From Euglena gracilis (Eukaryota), in assembly GCA_039621445.1 (NCBI GenBank), contig CP154954.1:6645425-6709424 (forward strand): DNA of 64,000 bases, in the 5' to 3' direction. The notes beneath the pieces are model-generated. The model searched no databases. It was not told the DNA's origin and was given only the letters and a program-made list of their open reading frames with translations. Numbering within the stretch: position 1 is the stretch's first letter; the number at the start of each line of letters is the position of its first letter. Shown in pieces: positions 50,645 to 64,000 of the stretch. The position numbers were made by a program, and so were the translations under genes.

Positions 50645-53600
50645 GGCGTCCCGTTGCTTGCCCGTTGGTCCCTGGGCCTCTGGTGAATTCGATAGTATTA
50701 GCCTACCCCCCCCCCCCCAGAGAAGCTGTATCCAGTTTTTTTTTTGGGGTCCATTGCTTATAATCCCAAGCGAGGGTCTGCTTTTTGGGGGGGGGGGCAG
50801 TCTCCTTTTTGGATTTCTGCTGAAAATTTCGGCCTGAAGAACCTTTCCGGAGGGAGGTTCAAAAATAGGGCCAATAAAGCACAATTTTCATCAATGGGCG
50901 AATGTTGTCCCAAAAGGAGCCAACTTTAGCTTATTCTAAATGGGCAACCTCCTCCCCCCACAAAAGAAAAAAAAATCACCCATTTTTGTGGCAGGTTTTT
51001 GGGGGGTATTCTTATTATAAGTGTTTTTTTTGGATTCAACTTCTGGGGTAGAGAGTGGGCTTATTCTTGGGGTCAGCCAATTTTTGTTGCTGAAAATTGG
51101 GGGTCTCATTTTTGGGGGGTTTAGATTTTTTATCAGTGTTTTCTAAGCAACGCAATCCCGCACAACAGACGGAAGGACCAGGCCACTATCCTCAGCCTCA
51201 TGCTTTTGTTCATACCCAATCCATTTCTGCACTCATACAATGGAAGGGTTAGGACAGGCGGACCGAAATTTGGTCACAGTTTCAGCAGTTAGTTCCTGGT
51301 TTGGAAGAATTGGGCCAATGTTAACTCAAAACTAGCCGGGATACAGACTAAATTAGCCGGACTGTTTGGTTTGAACCATCTGGAGTATATCAACAGCCCC
51401 GGAAATGACAATCATTAACGTCCTCCCCACAGTGTTTGAGATCTCCGATGAGTTCTGCTGGTGTGTGAACACACACATGTGCACACCCCTGTTGTCATAA
51501 TCCCAGAGTAGCTCGAATTTGACGGCTAGCGGGGTTTTTATCTTTTCCAGGTCTGTATGCACATTTCCAAGCATGAGTCAGCTCTGAGGTCACCATTGCC
51601 AACAGGATTGGCAAAGGCAAAGGGTGGTTGCGATCAACGTTGGAAATATTCTTCCACTGGCAAGGATTGAAGCCTCGGCCCAACAGATTCAATGTGCTTG
51701 GATGTTGGGAACCTCTCGTTGAGGAGCTGCCCGCCATTCAGACTGCGCTGGAGCAGCCAACACAAAAAAGGGGAATAATGGAGCTGGAGGGAAATCAAAA
51801 GCTTTGTATAGGACCCTTCGTGGCAGGGGGCATTTTGGTTGCTGCCAATGTGGAGCTATGTGGCTGATCCGCGTGAAAGCGATGCCAGGTGGAGGCAATG
51901 ATGATGGGAACGGAGACGCGCAGCCGTTCTGCACAGTGGATGAGGTATCGACCAATGCTTCCGGAACGGTTCCATCCAATAAATAATGACCCCGAGGCGC
52001 ACGCGTCAATGAACCGTCAGCCAGTCTGGGGCCTCGGTGCCGGCCAGCTGTATCGCCCACCCACGAAGGTCTGGATTCCGTTAGATGGCAAGAGACAGTG
52101 GCGCCGAGTTCGACCTGGCACGCACTGTGGTTGTGTTGACTGCGAACATTGCTTGCGGTGCAAGATGATCTGCAGGATGCAGGATTGCCCATTCTGACGT
52201 CCTGCGCTTGGCATAAAAGCAATGTGGAGTGCATCCCAAGGTGCAGACGGTTTTTTTTCTGAAATCTGGACCTTCCCCCTGGGTCTGATCCGGTTGGATT
52301 GCGGCTTAACCAGATGGCGAGGTTCCTATGGTGCCGTTTGGGTGTTGTGTTGAGTGCATGGCTGTGGAACTTTTTGTCTGCTGCTACAGCTTCGGCTTCC
52401 AGAAACCAGAACATCTTCAAAATATTCTCAGTCAGCATCTTGTTTAAGTCATAATAAACTGGGTTTTACGTTTCTGGGAACCTCCAGGGTGAGAGTCATA
52501 TTTTGGTTAGTTTTTTTCTCTCGATTTTTTTCCTTCACCTATCCAGGTCCCAAAAAGAATTGTGCATGTTTTTTAGGGTTCCCAGAAGCACGGAAAAATT
52601 CCCTTGGGCTACTTGAAAATATTCTTATTATTTGTAAATATTTGTCTACGGGAAAAACTAAATTTTCAATGATTCCCTGGACTCAAAATAACCTGTACTA
52701 TGGGAATTCGCATGGTTTTTGTTCCGAGATGTCTTCACTGGAGGGGAGATTTTGAGACCGCCAGACTGCAATGGTCTGCATGCAATATTCTACCGGCTTT
52801 ATGGCCATGTGGTCCCTCAGTTGGCGAAAATTGGGGAGGCCCTGGGGGAGCAATGAAAAGGAGAAATTTTGCAAATGAGAAAAGGTTGGTTGCCAAGGGG
52901 TTGCCGGGATTAGGTCTCTTTCAAAGGATGTCTTGTGTGTGTGTGTGTCTGGGCATGTTGTCGGTGGGTGTTTTGCTTGGCTGTTGTACCAGCTCTGTGG
53001 TTGTGTTTGCCACAGATGCAGGTGGACAGTTAGTGTTGAATCTTGAATATGAACCTTTAAAATGTATGGATTATGCTTATGGTAAGGATTGCAATTTTAT
53101 GATTATTAAATAACCCTTATTCATTAAAGACAATGTTATTTTTTTTCGCGTTATTGCAGATTTACATATGCAAATTAGAATTGCATTGTTTATGTGAAAA
53201 ACTTATGCTTTTTTTTTAAGCATTCAATTTCCGAAGTATGAAATCGCTGAACTTTTCATATCACAGTGACTGTTCTCTGGCCAGGGACCCGTCGTTTTTG
53301 AGCATGGTCAAATTTTATGGATATTTGTTTGATATGTCGTTCAGAACTCACTGCCTGAAAACTTTTATTAAACGAAATCACATTTTATTATGGTTTCTGC
53401 CTGTCCAAATGCACGGCGCCTTGTCGGCCCTTTACTAGAGTGGGGTCGCTGAGCTCTTATCCCTTTATCTTTATGGGTAAGAGTGAAGCTTACCACCGGG
53501 GAAAAGGGGGGTAGAACCTCCCCCCCCCCCCCGCCATCCCCCCCCACCCCTGAGTAGACTGTGAAAACCGGATTTTTTTTTCAGTCGCGAGCGACTGGGT

Positions 53601-56600
53601 TTCTAGTTTCCGAATCACCTCCGTTTGACCCCACAACTCCCTGCCAGGCCCGAGTTATTCAGCTGCGAAGGGGTCTAAACTGGGTAGGATTGGCCTGCCC
53701 CCCCCTTCCGACTCTGCCATTTCGCCAGGGTCCAAAAATCGGTCAAAAATCGATTTTTCGAAAATATCTTGAGAAAACGTACATTATTTCCGGAAATGTC
53801 GGTCTGACGAAATGCACCACCCCCAGAGGCCCTCTATCACCCCCCGTTCGCCGTTTTGGCCGCCGACACGCCTGGCCCGTGTTCCGGCTCGCTTTTGTGG
53901 CCCAAAACGGCTATTTTGGGGTGTTTTTTTTGGGCAGTTTTTTTGGTCAATTTTCACTAGATTCCCCAAGGGGTTTTTGGGGGGTACTTTTAGGGGGGAG
54001 GGGTGCAGACTATCTTCAAAGAGCATACACGAGTCAAAATGTTGCTGTTTTGATTAAGGCTGGGGTAACTTGCAGCCTATGACCAAGGGGAGATCATTGT
54101 TTAGAGAAAATCATTGGAAAAAGGGAGGGGAGGTAAAAGAACATTGGTGGCTTGTAAATAGGGGAAAAAATCGCAAAACAATCTGACACATACCCAACTG
54201 GGTATGGTGTGCACTGGAACGGACACTCTGGGATGCAGCCGCTGACATGAAACGATCCTCAATCTGCTTGCACCAGAATTCAAAGGCTCCCTCGTTCAAC
54301 TCTGTCTAATGACCAAGAAGGTGAATAAACCAAGGGGTGGTGTTCCTCGATAAGCTTTATTTTGATGAAGGACAGACAAAATCTAACAATGGATGAGTCC
54401 CCCAATCTTACTAACCTGCTGGGTCTAATGCTTTTTTCCTTTGGATCTGGTGTCTCTCTGGCAGGTAAGTTCGACTGAAGAACATTCTTTGTCATTGCAA
54501 AGTGAAGGAAAGAAAGGGCATCATGACGGATGTTCTCAGTTAAAAAAGTGGCATTTTTCTTTATGCATTTCAACAATATATTACATTGTGTAAATACAAT
54601 TTAAACAGTTTCCTCCTCTATACTCAGAATTATTTCTATTTCATTTATTTCATTCACTGGATTGAACAATAGTGTACATCAAACCATCAACATACAAACA
54701 AGAAATATTTAAACAATTGAATTGAACATTGAATCACCACCCACCACCACCCACGACTCACGCACGGTTCAGGCAAACACAGGCTTGGCACACGACCTTC
54801 CACAACAGGCCTTCCTGCGTCGGCAGGAGGTCCTCCACTTCCTCCTCACCCTGCAGCTACAGCTGCCAAAGGCCCACTATACTACCAGGCCCCCCATGGG
54901 GTGGGACATGGGCCGGGAAGGGGGGCAGCATTTTTCAGCCAGCCCAATTTTCTCAGCTTCTGAGCTGGACCCCCCCCCCCCCTTGCGCGGGTCCTTGAGT
55001 GACGCCCTGGATCTCACCCCCCCAGAAAAGGGTCGAGAGAATTGAACGAATGAAAAACGAATGAAAGAATGAAGGAATGGGGATGGAATTGCAAACATCC
55101 ATTTTTTGTGTTTTTTTTTGTGCAGGATTTTCGCATTTGCCTTTTTTGCGCATTTTTTTGACTTTTTTTCCTGCATATTTCAAGGGTTTTTGTTGACTCT
55201 TTTTATAATCTTGTGCTGCGGTCCTCCATCTGTTAACTTTTTTAACAACGGAAGGGGGGACGGGCTGTGAACAGCCCCGATTTTGCCCCAGCCTAGCTGC
55301 AGTAGCACAACCCTGACCGTGGGCAGGGTTTATGGGACGCGACCTTTTTTTTCACCTTGAGGACACCGGTTCAGGACTGCCATAGGGTTGAAGGGCTGGT
55401 CAATATCTGGCAGGGTCTGAATGGAAAGGATTAAAAAAAAAGAAATGCAATGACATTTTTGGTGCTTTTTTTTCCCTTCGGTGGATGGTCCCCGCCGAAG
55501 TCACTGTTGTCACTGAACCTTGATGTCTGCTTGTTTAATACAGACCGTGATGCACAATGGAAATGGAAGAGGCAGGGATGGTTTATGGCCTTGTCTCATT
55601 TCATGCCAATTGCAATGGCCCTGGCAGTGCAGTGCAGGCAGTGGCAGGGGAGCGGTGCTGCGGAAGCGCTGTGCGATGTTGCGTTAGTGCGGAGAACAAA
55701 CAGGAATGGCAGTGCAGTGAAGTGGCGATAGCAATGACAGTGCAGCGCAGTGGCTGCGGCTGCGCAGCGCAGTGAAGGCGTCGAGGGCTTCCTGCCGTGA
55801 AGCGAGGCAAGTCCCATGTGCACCTCATCAATCAAGCAAATGGTGAAACTAGTGAGGTCTGCTGCTGAAACCCAAACGCCATGGCCTGAGTGCCAAATAA
55901 TTGAACTGTCAGGAAACAGACGCCCATTTGGTATTTGCAGAGATTCAAGCAAATAAATTCATCAAGGTCAAAAAGAAAATGAAAATGAACATGAACAACA
56001 TGATGAACATGCTCAATATTAGTATCTTTTTCTTTATATTGCCAACTACTAATCACCATAATGAACACAAAAACAAAGGAACAATGCAAAAAATTAACAA
56101 TATAATAATAAACACCACACAAAAAATTTGGCTGGGAGAGAAAATATCCCAAATCCCTCAAAATTGACAATGCATGACTCTTTCCACCTGTGCTCACTGA
56201 AGGCTCAAATCTAGTCCTTTTTGGAAACCTGCATTTCAACCTTCAATGCCCAAACATTGCACGATCTGAAGCCCGACACAGTGATGTTCGAGCATCGAAC
56301 AGCTCCAAAAAATCTGAATCCGTGATCCCCCAAAAATATAAAAACGACAAAAATTGTCACCAAAAAGACAAAAGCACAAGAGAGGCGGACAACCTGCAAG
56401 CATTCCAAGCAGCAAGTGAATATGCTTGGGTTGGCATGATGAAGTTCAATCCCGAATTAAATTTGCAGAACCGTTTTGCATCTTCAGATTGCCACACGTT
56501 TCGCGCCCTGCAGATTACCACACGTTTCCTAAACCACGAGACCTTCTTCCTTCCATCTGTGGTCGGGCAGAGGGGACAACCATCATGTATGCATGTATGA

Positions 56601-59377
56601 TTGTATGCATGTATGCGATGTGTGCATGCATGGGTGTATGTGTGCATGAATGCATGAATGTGCGTATATACATGTGCATATACACATGTACATGTACATG
56701 TACATACATGCATGCACATACATACATATACACATGTACATATTATGTGCATATGCACGTTCACAAAATAATTATAATGCAAACATCCCAATGGCTTCTT
56801 CATTGGTCATATTCAGCCCTCGACAATGGTGTGCTGGGGCACCACTGCTAGTCATACCTGCAGACTTCAGGGAGCAACTTTATCAAACCCGTTGGTCCTG
56901 GTTTCTGCCGGATTTTCTCTTGTCCAAATGTTCCTTGCTTGAACATTCACAAGAAAGGAGGAGTGATGGGCCACTGTGCTTCATCCACTGTGCTTCACCA
57001 TACACGCTCATACGGTCTGCTTGGTGAATTTCCCCAATGAATTCCACCACTGGGTCACCATCGTCTTCGTCTTCCTGGTTTCTGAGAGCTGATGTGTGAG
57101 AGCTAAGTTGAACAAACCGCTGAAGATTCGTCATCCTCAAAGTGTTCCACCGGAAGATCCTCCAAGGGAGATTGTTGCTCAACCTTTTCCATAGTCAAAA
57201 AAGCTCTGCAGACAGAAGGTCAACCTGAGGAGCAAGACTGTACAGACTTTGCATCTATTCAGGGATTCCGCAGAGAACGACCAACAGCGCGTACGGAGGT
57301 CCGTAAGTGAAGGTAGTAGTTGCCCAATTTTCATTTGGGTTTCTCTTCTGATTTTGGTATGCGTTCAAAGCTATTGTGATTTTTTAAGATTAAACTCGCC
57401 CTCCAATTAGTGTCTTGGATGATGGAGTTCAAATTAACAAATAATCATGTTCACTGTTAAAGAATACGGTTTTCATTTCGAATATTTTAATTTACGTATT
57501 TGATAACTTTTTATTGAGCGCGTGATTGTGCAGAAATTCAGCATCTGCGTAAGTTTTGATTTGCATTTTTGTTTCAATTCAATCAGAACACCAAGCCAAG
57601 CCAAGACCAGGGAAAATCCACTGGCTCTGGAGATTGCAGGTACACAACCACAAACAGAAGAATTAAGGACACCCCAGTCTTTGACTGGCCCAAGCGTTGG
57701 GGGAAATGAGCAATCAGACCTACAAGAGGGTTGCCAAACTGGAAACTTTTCCCACAGCCAGCACTTCTGTGACTTGTTGGAAAAAATAGCATTGAACCCC
57801 AAGTGCAATGATTGCCAAAGTCCACTTCCCCACTCCCAAGTTCGTGCTTTTTGTTTTAGTCACACAATTAGAGCTTCAGGGGCTGTTGCCTAATGTACTG
57901 AAAATTGATGGTTCTTGATATTTTTAACGCATTTGGTATGCTGAGTTGGAATTTATATTTTTATAAGCTGTGGCATCTATGGCTTCGGATTGAAAAATGT
58001 TCTGAAAACTGAAAACTCTGTCACTGAAAACCAGGGAAATGCGTTAGAAATTTATGGCAGTGATGCAGCACCATTTTTCCACAAAAAACTATGCAAAGGT
58101 CATCTATTTTAGAGGAGAACAATTGATTCCCACTTTCAAGTGGGATTATTGGAAGGGTTGATATTGCGGTCTCCGTCATTGTTCAGGGCTCGATAAAAGG
58201 CGGGTGTCTGAGGCATAACCTTTCTCAAGGTGTGTCCTTCCCCACGGGTGACTGACTGATATTTCGGAAGTGGTTTTGGGGCATTGACCCCCCCCCCCAA
58301 CTAGGACTGGAAGCGCTGAAACTTTTGAGGGCTTTGCCCAATATCAGTTGATTATCAGCCATATTGGGAGAGTGACTAACCCCAGCGGGGGGGGGGGGAG
58401 CAAGAAGCGGGTGGCTGGTTTTTGAAAAGTGTCTGGTTGATTTTTTGAAAGCGCAAAGTAACCCATTTTGGTGGTCGGCCACCCGCGGCTGGCTGTGACA
58501 CCAACCTCCTACATTCGCCTCCTCCCAAGCCATCCCATTCCTCGTGTTTGTCGATGGAGACAGGCGAAGTCATTGGATTTCTGGCGGTTGTGGATGCGCA
58601 TGGCGTTGTAGGCTGTGCGCCATTTGCAGGCTCTTGGCTGTTGCAAGTTCTTTTGCCGGCTCCGTGACCTCCAAATAGTTTCCCAGTTGGAGGCAGATGG
58701 TGCAAAAGTGAAGGTGCCAGTGAAGGGCATTTTAATGGAGGAGATATTCCTCAGTGCATCAACCGTCTTCTGTATTCTTCATCACTCATTTGATCCGGTC
58801 AGCCTCTTTGGGGGGGGGGGACCATGCTGCATCAGCTGTAGAAAAAACAACAACAACAATGCGAGGCTTTCGTGGCATTCCATTTTCCATTCCAGAGGCA
58901 ACAACAACTTCGAGTACCAATGGCAGAAAAAGACCTGTTCCAAATTGTTTGGCTTGCGTTCATTTTTTTTTTTAATCCCAGTCAAAAACCGAAGCATCAG
59001 GATTTATAAATCCGTGGTAATGAGCTTCTTTGATACATTTTGGATGTCAGAAAATCCAGGTGGATGTTGACCCAGGGTTTGTTGCTGTTCAGGGAGGGTT
59101 TACCGTTTAGGGAGGGTTTATCTCTTTTTTCTTTACCAACCATTTGTCGACTTATGTTTCCTTTTGAAAACATAACCCGCTTGTGTTTTTTTGTGAACAG
59201 TACACATCTTTTTCTTATTTTTTGATTGAACAAATTCGCACATGTGTTTATGTTTATGTACACACATGTGTTTATATTTGTGTGCATGTCTCTGTGTATA
59301 TGCAACCATATTCTGTAGTAATATGCAAATGTTTGGGAAGATATGAAAAATGTTTTTACGTATGTGTGCAAATAATG

Positions 59378-59569
<192 letters not shown>

Positions 59570-62374
59570 CCATATACCAAATTTCTGGCAGCTCCGCAGG
59601 AGTTCTGGCCAACCCTCAGCGGGGGAAATGGATGTGCTCCAAACAAGACGGGACTTGTGTGTTGCAAATTCCGCTGTTTGCCAGTGCGAGCCTCCAACAC
59701 AATGTGATTGACAGTTCGACGAGCCAAACCTTTGCTACGACCCACGTCGTGGTAGTTCAGGTCCATAAGCACTCCTTGAAAAATCTTGGGCATGACCTTG
59801 GGCTTTCACAAAGTGGCGCCGCAACGCACGTTTGGGCCCATAAAGTGGTGGCGAGGTGTTGCAACAGGGAAGAGTACTGCAAAGAAGCGTATGCAATTTC
59901 ATATCAATCTTTCAACTCCAACACAGGAGTCTTTTTAGTAGGTGAAGAGAGACCAACACACGCCCACACGCTTGTTCAATTGCGTGCGGCCCTCATCCGC
60001 AAATATTTATGTTCGCATACGAGTTGAAAAAGCGATCGTCACACAAGAGAAAAATCCAAAAAATCTGAACTTTTTTTTGAATGGCCCTGTGCTTTGATGC
60101 CAGGCCCTGGGCTTTTAATGTTGGACTGGGAACCTGTATTTTTAATGCAAGGCCCTGAATGTTTTTTTGCTTGGCCCTTAACGGTTTTGTAACAATAATA
60201 TATACCTGTATACAATAATCTATTGTTTATACGATACTACACACCTGTTTTTATTCGTATATTCAGTGATTTTACATGTATCCACGACACTAGTCATAAC
60301 AATAATTCAGGCGTTTGCGTTTGACATTCGTTATTTGTTATAGCGTGAGTGCCTGTCAGGACAGCCTCCTGATGACATACATCTTTCAAAACTTAAAGCA
60401 AGTGAACAAGACGGTATGCTTTTCAAAAAATCCATCATGGAGGCTTTGAATGAAACCCCTGCGAGAGCAGGGAAGGGACGAAGGCTGGTGTTTTTTGGTC
60501 AATATATATTTTTTTTTGAAATTTTGCTACGTGGTGGACGTTTGTTGATGGCGGTGGCGGTTGAGTTTGCATTCTGGATAGCAGCGCTGGTACACGGGTG
60601 CGTGTCCGCTCGGTGGGCCATTTGCAAGCGCTTGGCCGTGGCCTCTGCCGGCGTCTCCACCATCCACCAGTATTCCCGTTGCAGGCGGGCTGGCGCGTCC
60701 TCGGTCGGCTCCTCCGATTTCTGGTGCTTCAGTGGTTGAAGTCCGTGGGAGTCTTCTGCCAACAATGCTTGTGAGCTCTGATGCCCAGGCTCCTTTACCA
60801 GTATTCAGGAGGGGGAATTCGGACCGAACAATCCCGCAAAATCCCCTTCGATCCTGCACATTTTGTTTCTTTGTGGAAGTTCAACACCTTGAAACACATT
60901 TGAGACAGAAAGCATTTTATAACGTTGTTTGGATCATTTTTTATTTTTCTTTGCAGCAAGACCATTGTGCAGGGGAAAAATTCGGATTTCATAATCCTGC
61001 ATAATCCCCCATAATTGCCGCAGAATTTTCGAGGTCAAAAATTTGAACCAAACGGTGCTTAACCATGTCCCTAAGTTTTTTTGTTGGGGGTTTTTGGACT
61101 TTTTCTGTACAACAATTGCTCTTTTTTGTCTTTTTTATTCTGACCAATTTGCATCGATTTTGTTCATCTTTTTCCCAATTTTCTCTGGCGATTTCTGCTT
61201 TTTTTTCTTTGGCTCTTTATACTGCAGAGGGAGGGCAATGAAAGTTGGTGCTCAGAGAGGTGGAAGGTTATTGTTTGTACAAGCATGCGCTCCCAAAGGG
61301 GACAGGGCTTCTGTGCTTTCCCCTGAAAATGTTGGATTGTTGTAGCAAGAACTTGGGCAATTACATTTAATGTTCATGTTCATTATGATGCAATTGCTTG
61401 GTGTGAACTCAAACTCAACTTCCTTTCGATGACATAGTCTATATCTTTCAAGATTGATCACCAAGTCACCAAGAGTGAATAGGCAACGACTCTGCTAATT
61501 ATGTTCAGGGCCAACCAGCGTCAGGGTCATTAGGTCAGGGCCATTTCAGGGCAGGGCCTTCTAAGCTAACCACAACCACCATTCTTCGTCTCTTCCCTGG
61601 ACTCTCCCAGGCTTCCGCCTGTTGGGTGGATTCCCGGCCAGTGGCGCCGCCCGTCAAGCCGTAGGGTCACGCCCAAGCATAACCCAGGGAGCCCAATGCT
61701 CTGGAGGATTCTCCCGTTTTGGGGCTGGACGTCCCGTCGGCCGTGCGTTCCATCGGATGCCGCTGCTCCCACGAATGAGTTCCTCCTTCATGTGGGGATA
61801 TTCTCATGGTTGGACAAAAAGGGCCCTAACCTTGCCCTAACCTTAAGTGGCCTTGACCCTGTTTGGCATGACCCTGACTTACCCTAACCCTGATTGGACC
61901 TGCCCCTAATTGGCGCCGACCCTAAGTTCCCTGAACCTGATTGGCCATGAACCCAACTTAATCTAACTCTGAGTGGCCCTGGTGAATATTTCATTTAGGT
62001 TATTATTATATTATTATTTATTTTTTATTTAGGTTATTAATTTAACTTTTTCGGAAAACTTGTTATTTGGCTGACGTTTGTTGATGGCGGCAGCTGTTGA
62101 GTTTACAGCTGGAGTGCAGACGCCTGCAAGCGCTTGCGGTGGTTTCTTCCGGTGTCTCCACCAGCCACCTGACACGCAGACAACTGTTGTTCCAACACCG
62201 TGGCCACTCAGGGCAGGTTTCCTCACTCACAGGCTTACTTCAACATAGGGTGAAGATGGGAACAAAGGATTGCACTCGAGGTGCGATGCATGGCACGGCT
62301 GAACCACTTCACACACTGGTGGGATTAAGCACCTTCGATGCTGCGCGGCGATGCAGCGCTGCCGGAATCTCCCA

Positions 62375-62408
<34 letters not shown>

Positions 62409-64000
62409 TTCAGCAAGAAAAAACACCCAGAGAAGCATCTGAGATAGTTGTTTTCTGTTTCAGAAAAGCATTGTAACACATTTTTTTGGTAACATGTTTG
62501 CGGTCTTTTTTTTTTGTAGCAATAAGAATTGACCATTATACAGCAGGGGGAAACCTTCGAATGAACAATCCTCCGTAATCCTTCATAATTCCCGGATAAT
62601 TGTTGATTTAAAAAAATGTCCCAAACCGCACTTCACCAGGCCCCAAAGCTTTAAATTTGTATTTTCGAAATTCTTTTTCGTATTCATCTGCTTTTTTTGA
62701 ATTCTCATTGACTGTGTCCATTTGGCTTTTGATCGACTGAGTTTCAACAATTTTGGCAAAATTTGGCAACTGAGTTTCAACAATTTTTTTTCAATGTTTC
62801 TGGTGATTTCAGTTCTTTGTTCTTATTTTGCTCACTGCAGTGTAGAGGACAGGTAATCAGAAGTTTGTCCTCTGGGAGATGCTTTGCTGTTGGTGGAGTT
62901 TTTTCTTTGTGGGGTGGTTCAGCATTTCCTTCTCCTAAAGGGAGGCAAACTGACGCCTGGGAGAGTGCCAAATACCATTTTTTCAAACGGTTGCCATTTT
63001 TTTCTTTGCTGGGTCCATTTTCAGATGCAGTAAAACTTTTGAAACAAAAAGACAAAGTAATTAAGATATTTTTGTGGTGTATTTTGTGTTGAATTTTACA
63101 AGAATTTGTGCAGAACTTTACAAGAAAACTGAAATGTGTTTTTTTTGAAAAAACCCAAATCAGTTGTCCCATCAATTTGGCACCATTATTTTGGTACTTT
63201 TTGTCTGACTATACATTGCCATGTTTATTACGATGCCCAGCCTGGTACATCCACCCCATGCCAAGGACAAAGTGGAGGTAATGTTGCGGGGTAATTGTGC
63301 CCTGCCAGGCAGAGTGAGTGCAGGATCAAAGGGTATCACCCAAAACCCTATAAGTGAGCTCCTACCCCTTCCTGTTTTCCGTGGTCGCGGATTGCAGGTA
63401 AAAAATTTTCAGTGTGTTCGCTTTGAAATTCAGTTAGATGGCAATCAATCCTGCTTGGAATGAGGTGGTTTTGGTTGATAGAAATTGTCTCCGGTGCATG
63501 TGGGTGACCCTACCCATTATCGCCAGCTGGAGTCCTCACTCTGACTTTGTCTCCACACGAACGACTGTAGAGAGCAAATCAGAGAGAGAGTGTGTGTGTG
63601 TGTGTTGGCCAGCAGCTTACCCGTTGGGATTGAGCAGCTTACCAGGAGTACGTCCATGTTTTTGTGTCGAGAACGAAGGCAGTTCCCCCAGAGGCCTGGG
63701 AGTCCGTGAGACCCTCAGTGGATGCCAACCCCACCCGAAGTTAAACGCGAACCCCACTCTGAGATTTGGGCACCGTGCACGGCGTGCTCTCTCCTTGATC
63801 TCTTCCACACTGGGAGTTCCTGATTTTGCAAATCCCAATCATACTCCGCTGTTTGCCAAAGAGGCTTCGGTGACTGAAAGGGTCTTGTCTCCCATCCGGC
63901 GCAGTTGGGCCCACCTCCACAATACGGATGCCTTCCTGATTCTTCTGTGCACGTGTCAAATTGGCTGTGTCAGAGTTGGTTGGTTGGTTGGTTGGTTGGC

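Noticed and set aside
42496-56508. Second GCN1 paralogue or true exon-block duplication
   Set aside because: The boundary coincides exactly with a 13-N scaffold gap and divergence is allele-like; treated as a probable assembly overlap.

Overview
Eukaryotic genomic DNA, most consistent with a euglenid (Euglena-like): GC-rich exons are separated by a mixture of GT-AG/GC-AG introns and stem-loop 'nonconventional' introns (N3-CAG...CTG-N5-6|R). The + strand carries an internal part (about 42 reconstructed exons, ~176-36614) of one GCN1-type HEAT-repeat gene. Its start and end lie outside the window. Bases 28439-42482 are repeated at 42496-56508 across a 13-N gap, probably an unmerged contig or haplotype overlap. 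The introns hold long microsatellites, a Ty3/gypsy RT fragment, a palindrome-array foldback element, and G/C-run MITEs with CAG...CTG termini and perfect 8-bp target-site duplications (TSDs). Top observation: the nonconventional intron geometry (3 nt before CAG plus 5 nt after CTG = 8 nt) equals the MITE TSD length, and several introns still show 6/8-7/8 TSD-like matches. This suggests the introns are domesticated hAT-type insertions whose splicing removes exactly one TSD copy. All exon boundaries were reconstructed by eye without transcript data; some may shift by a few nt.
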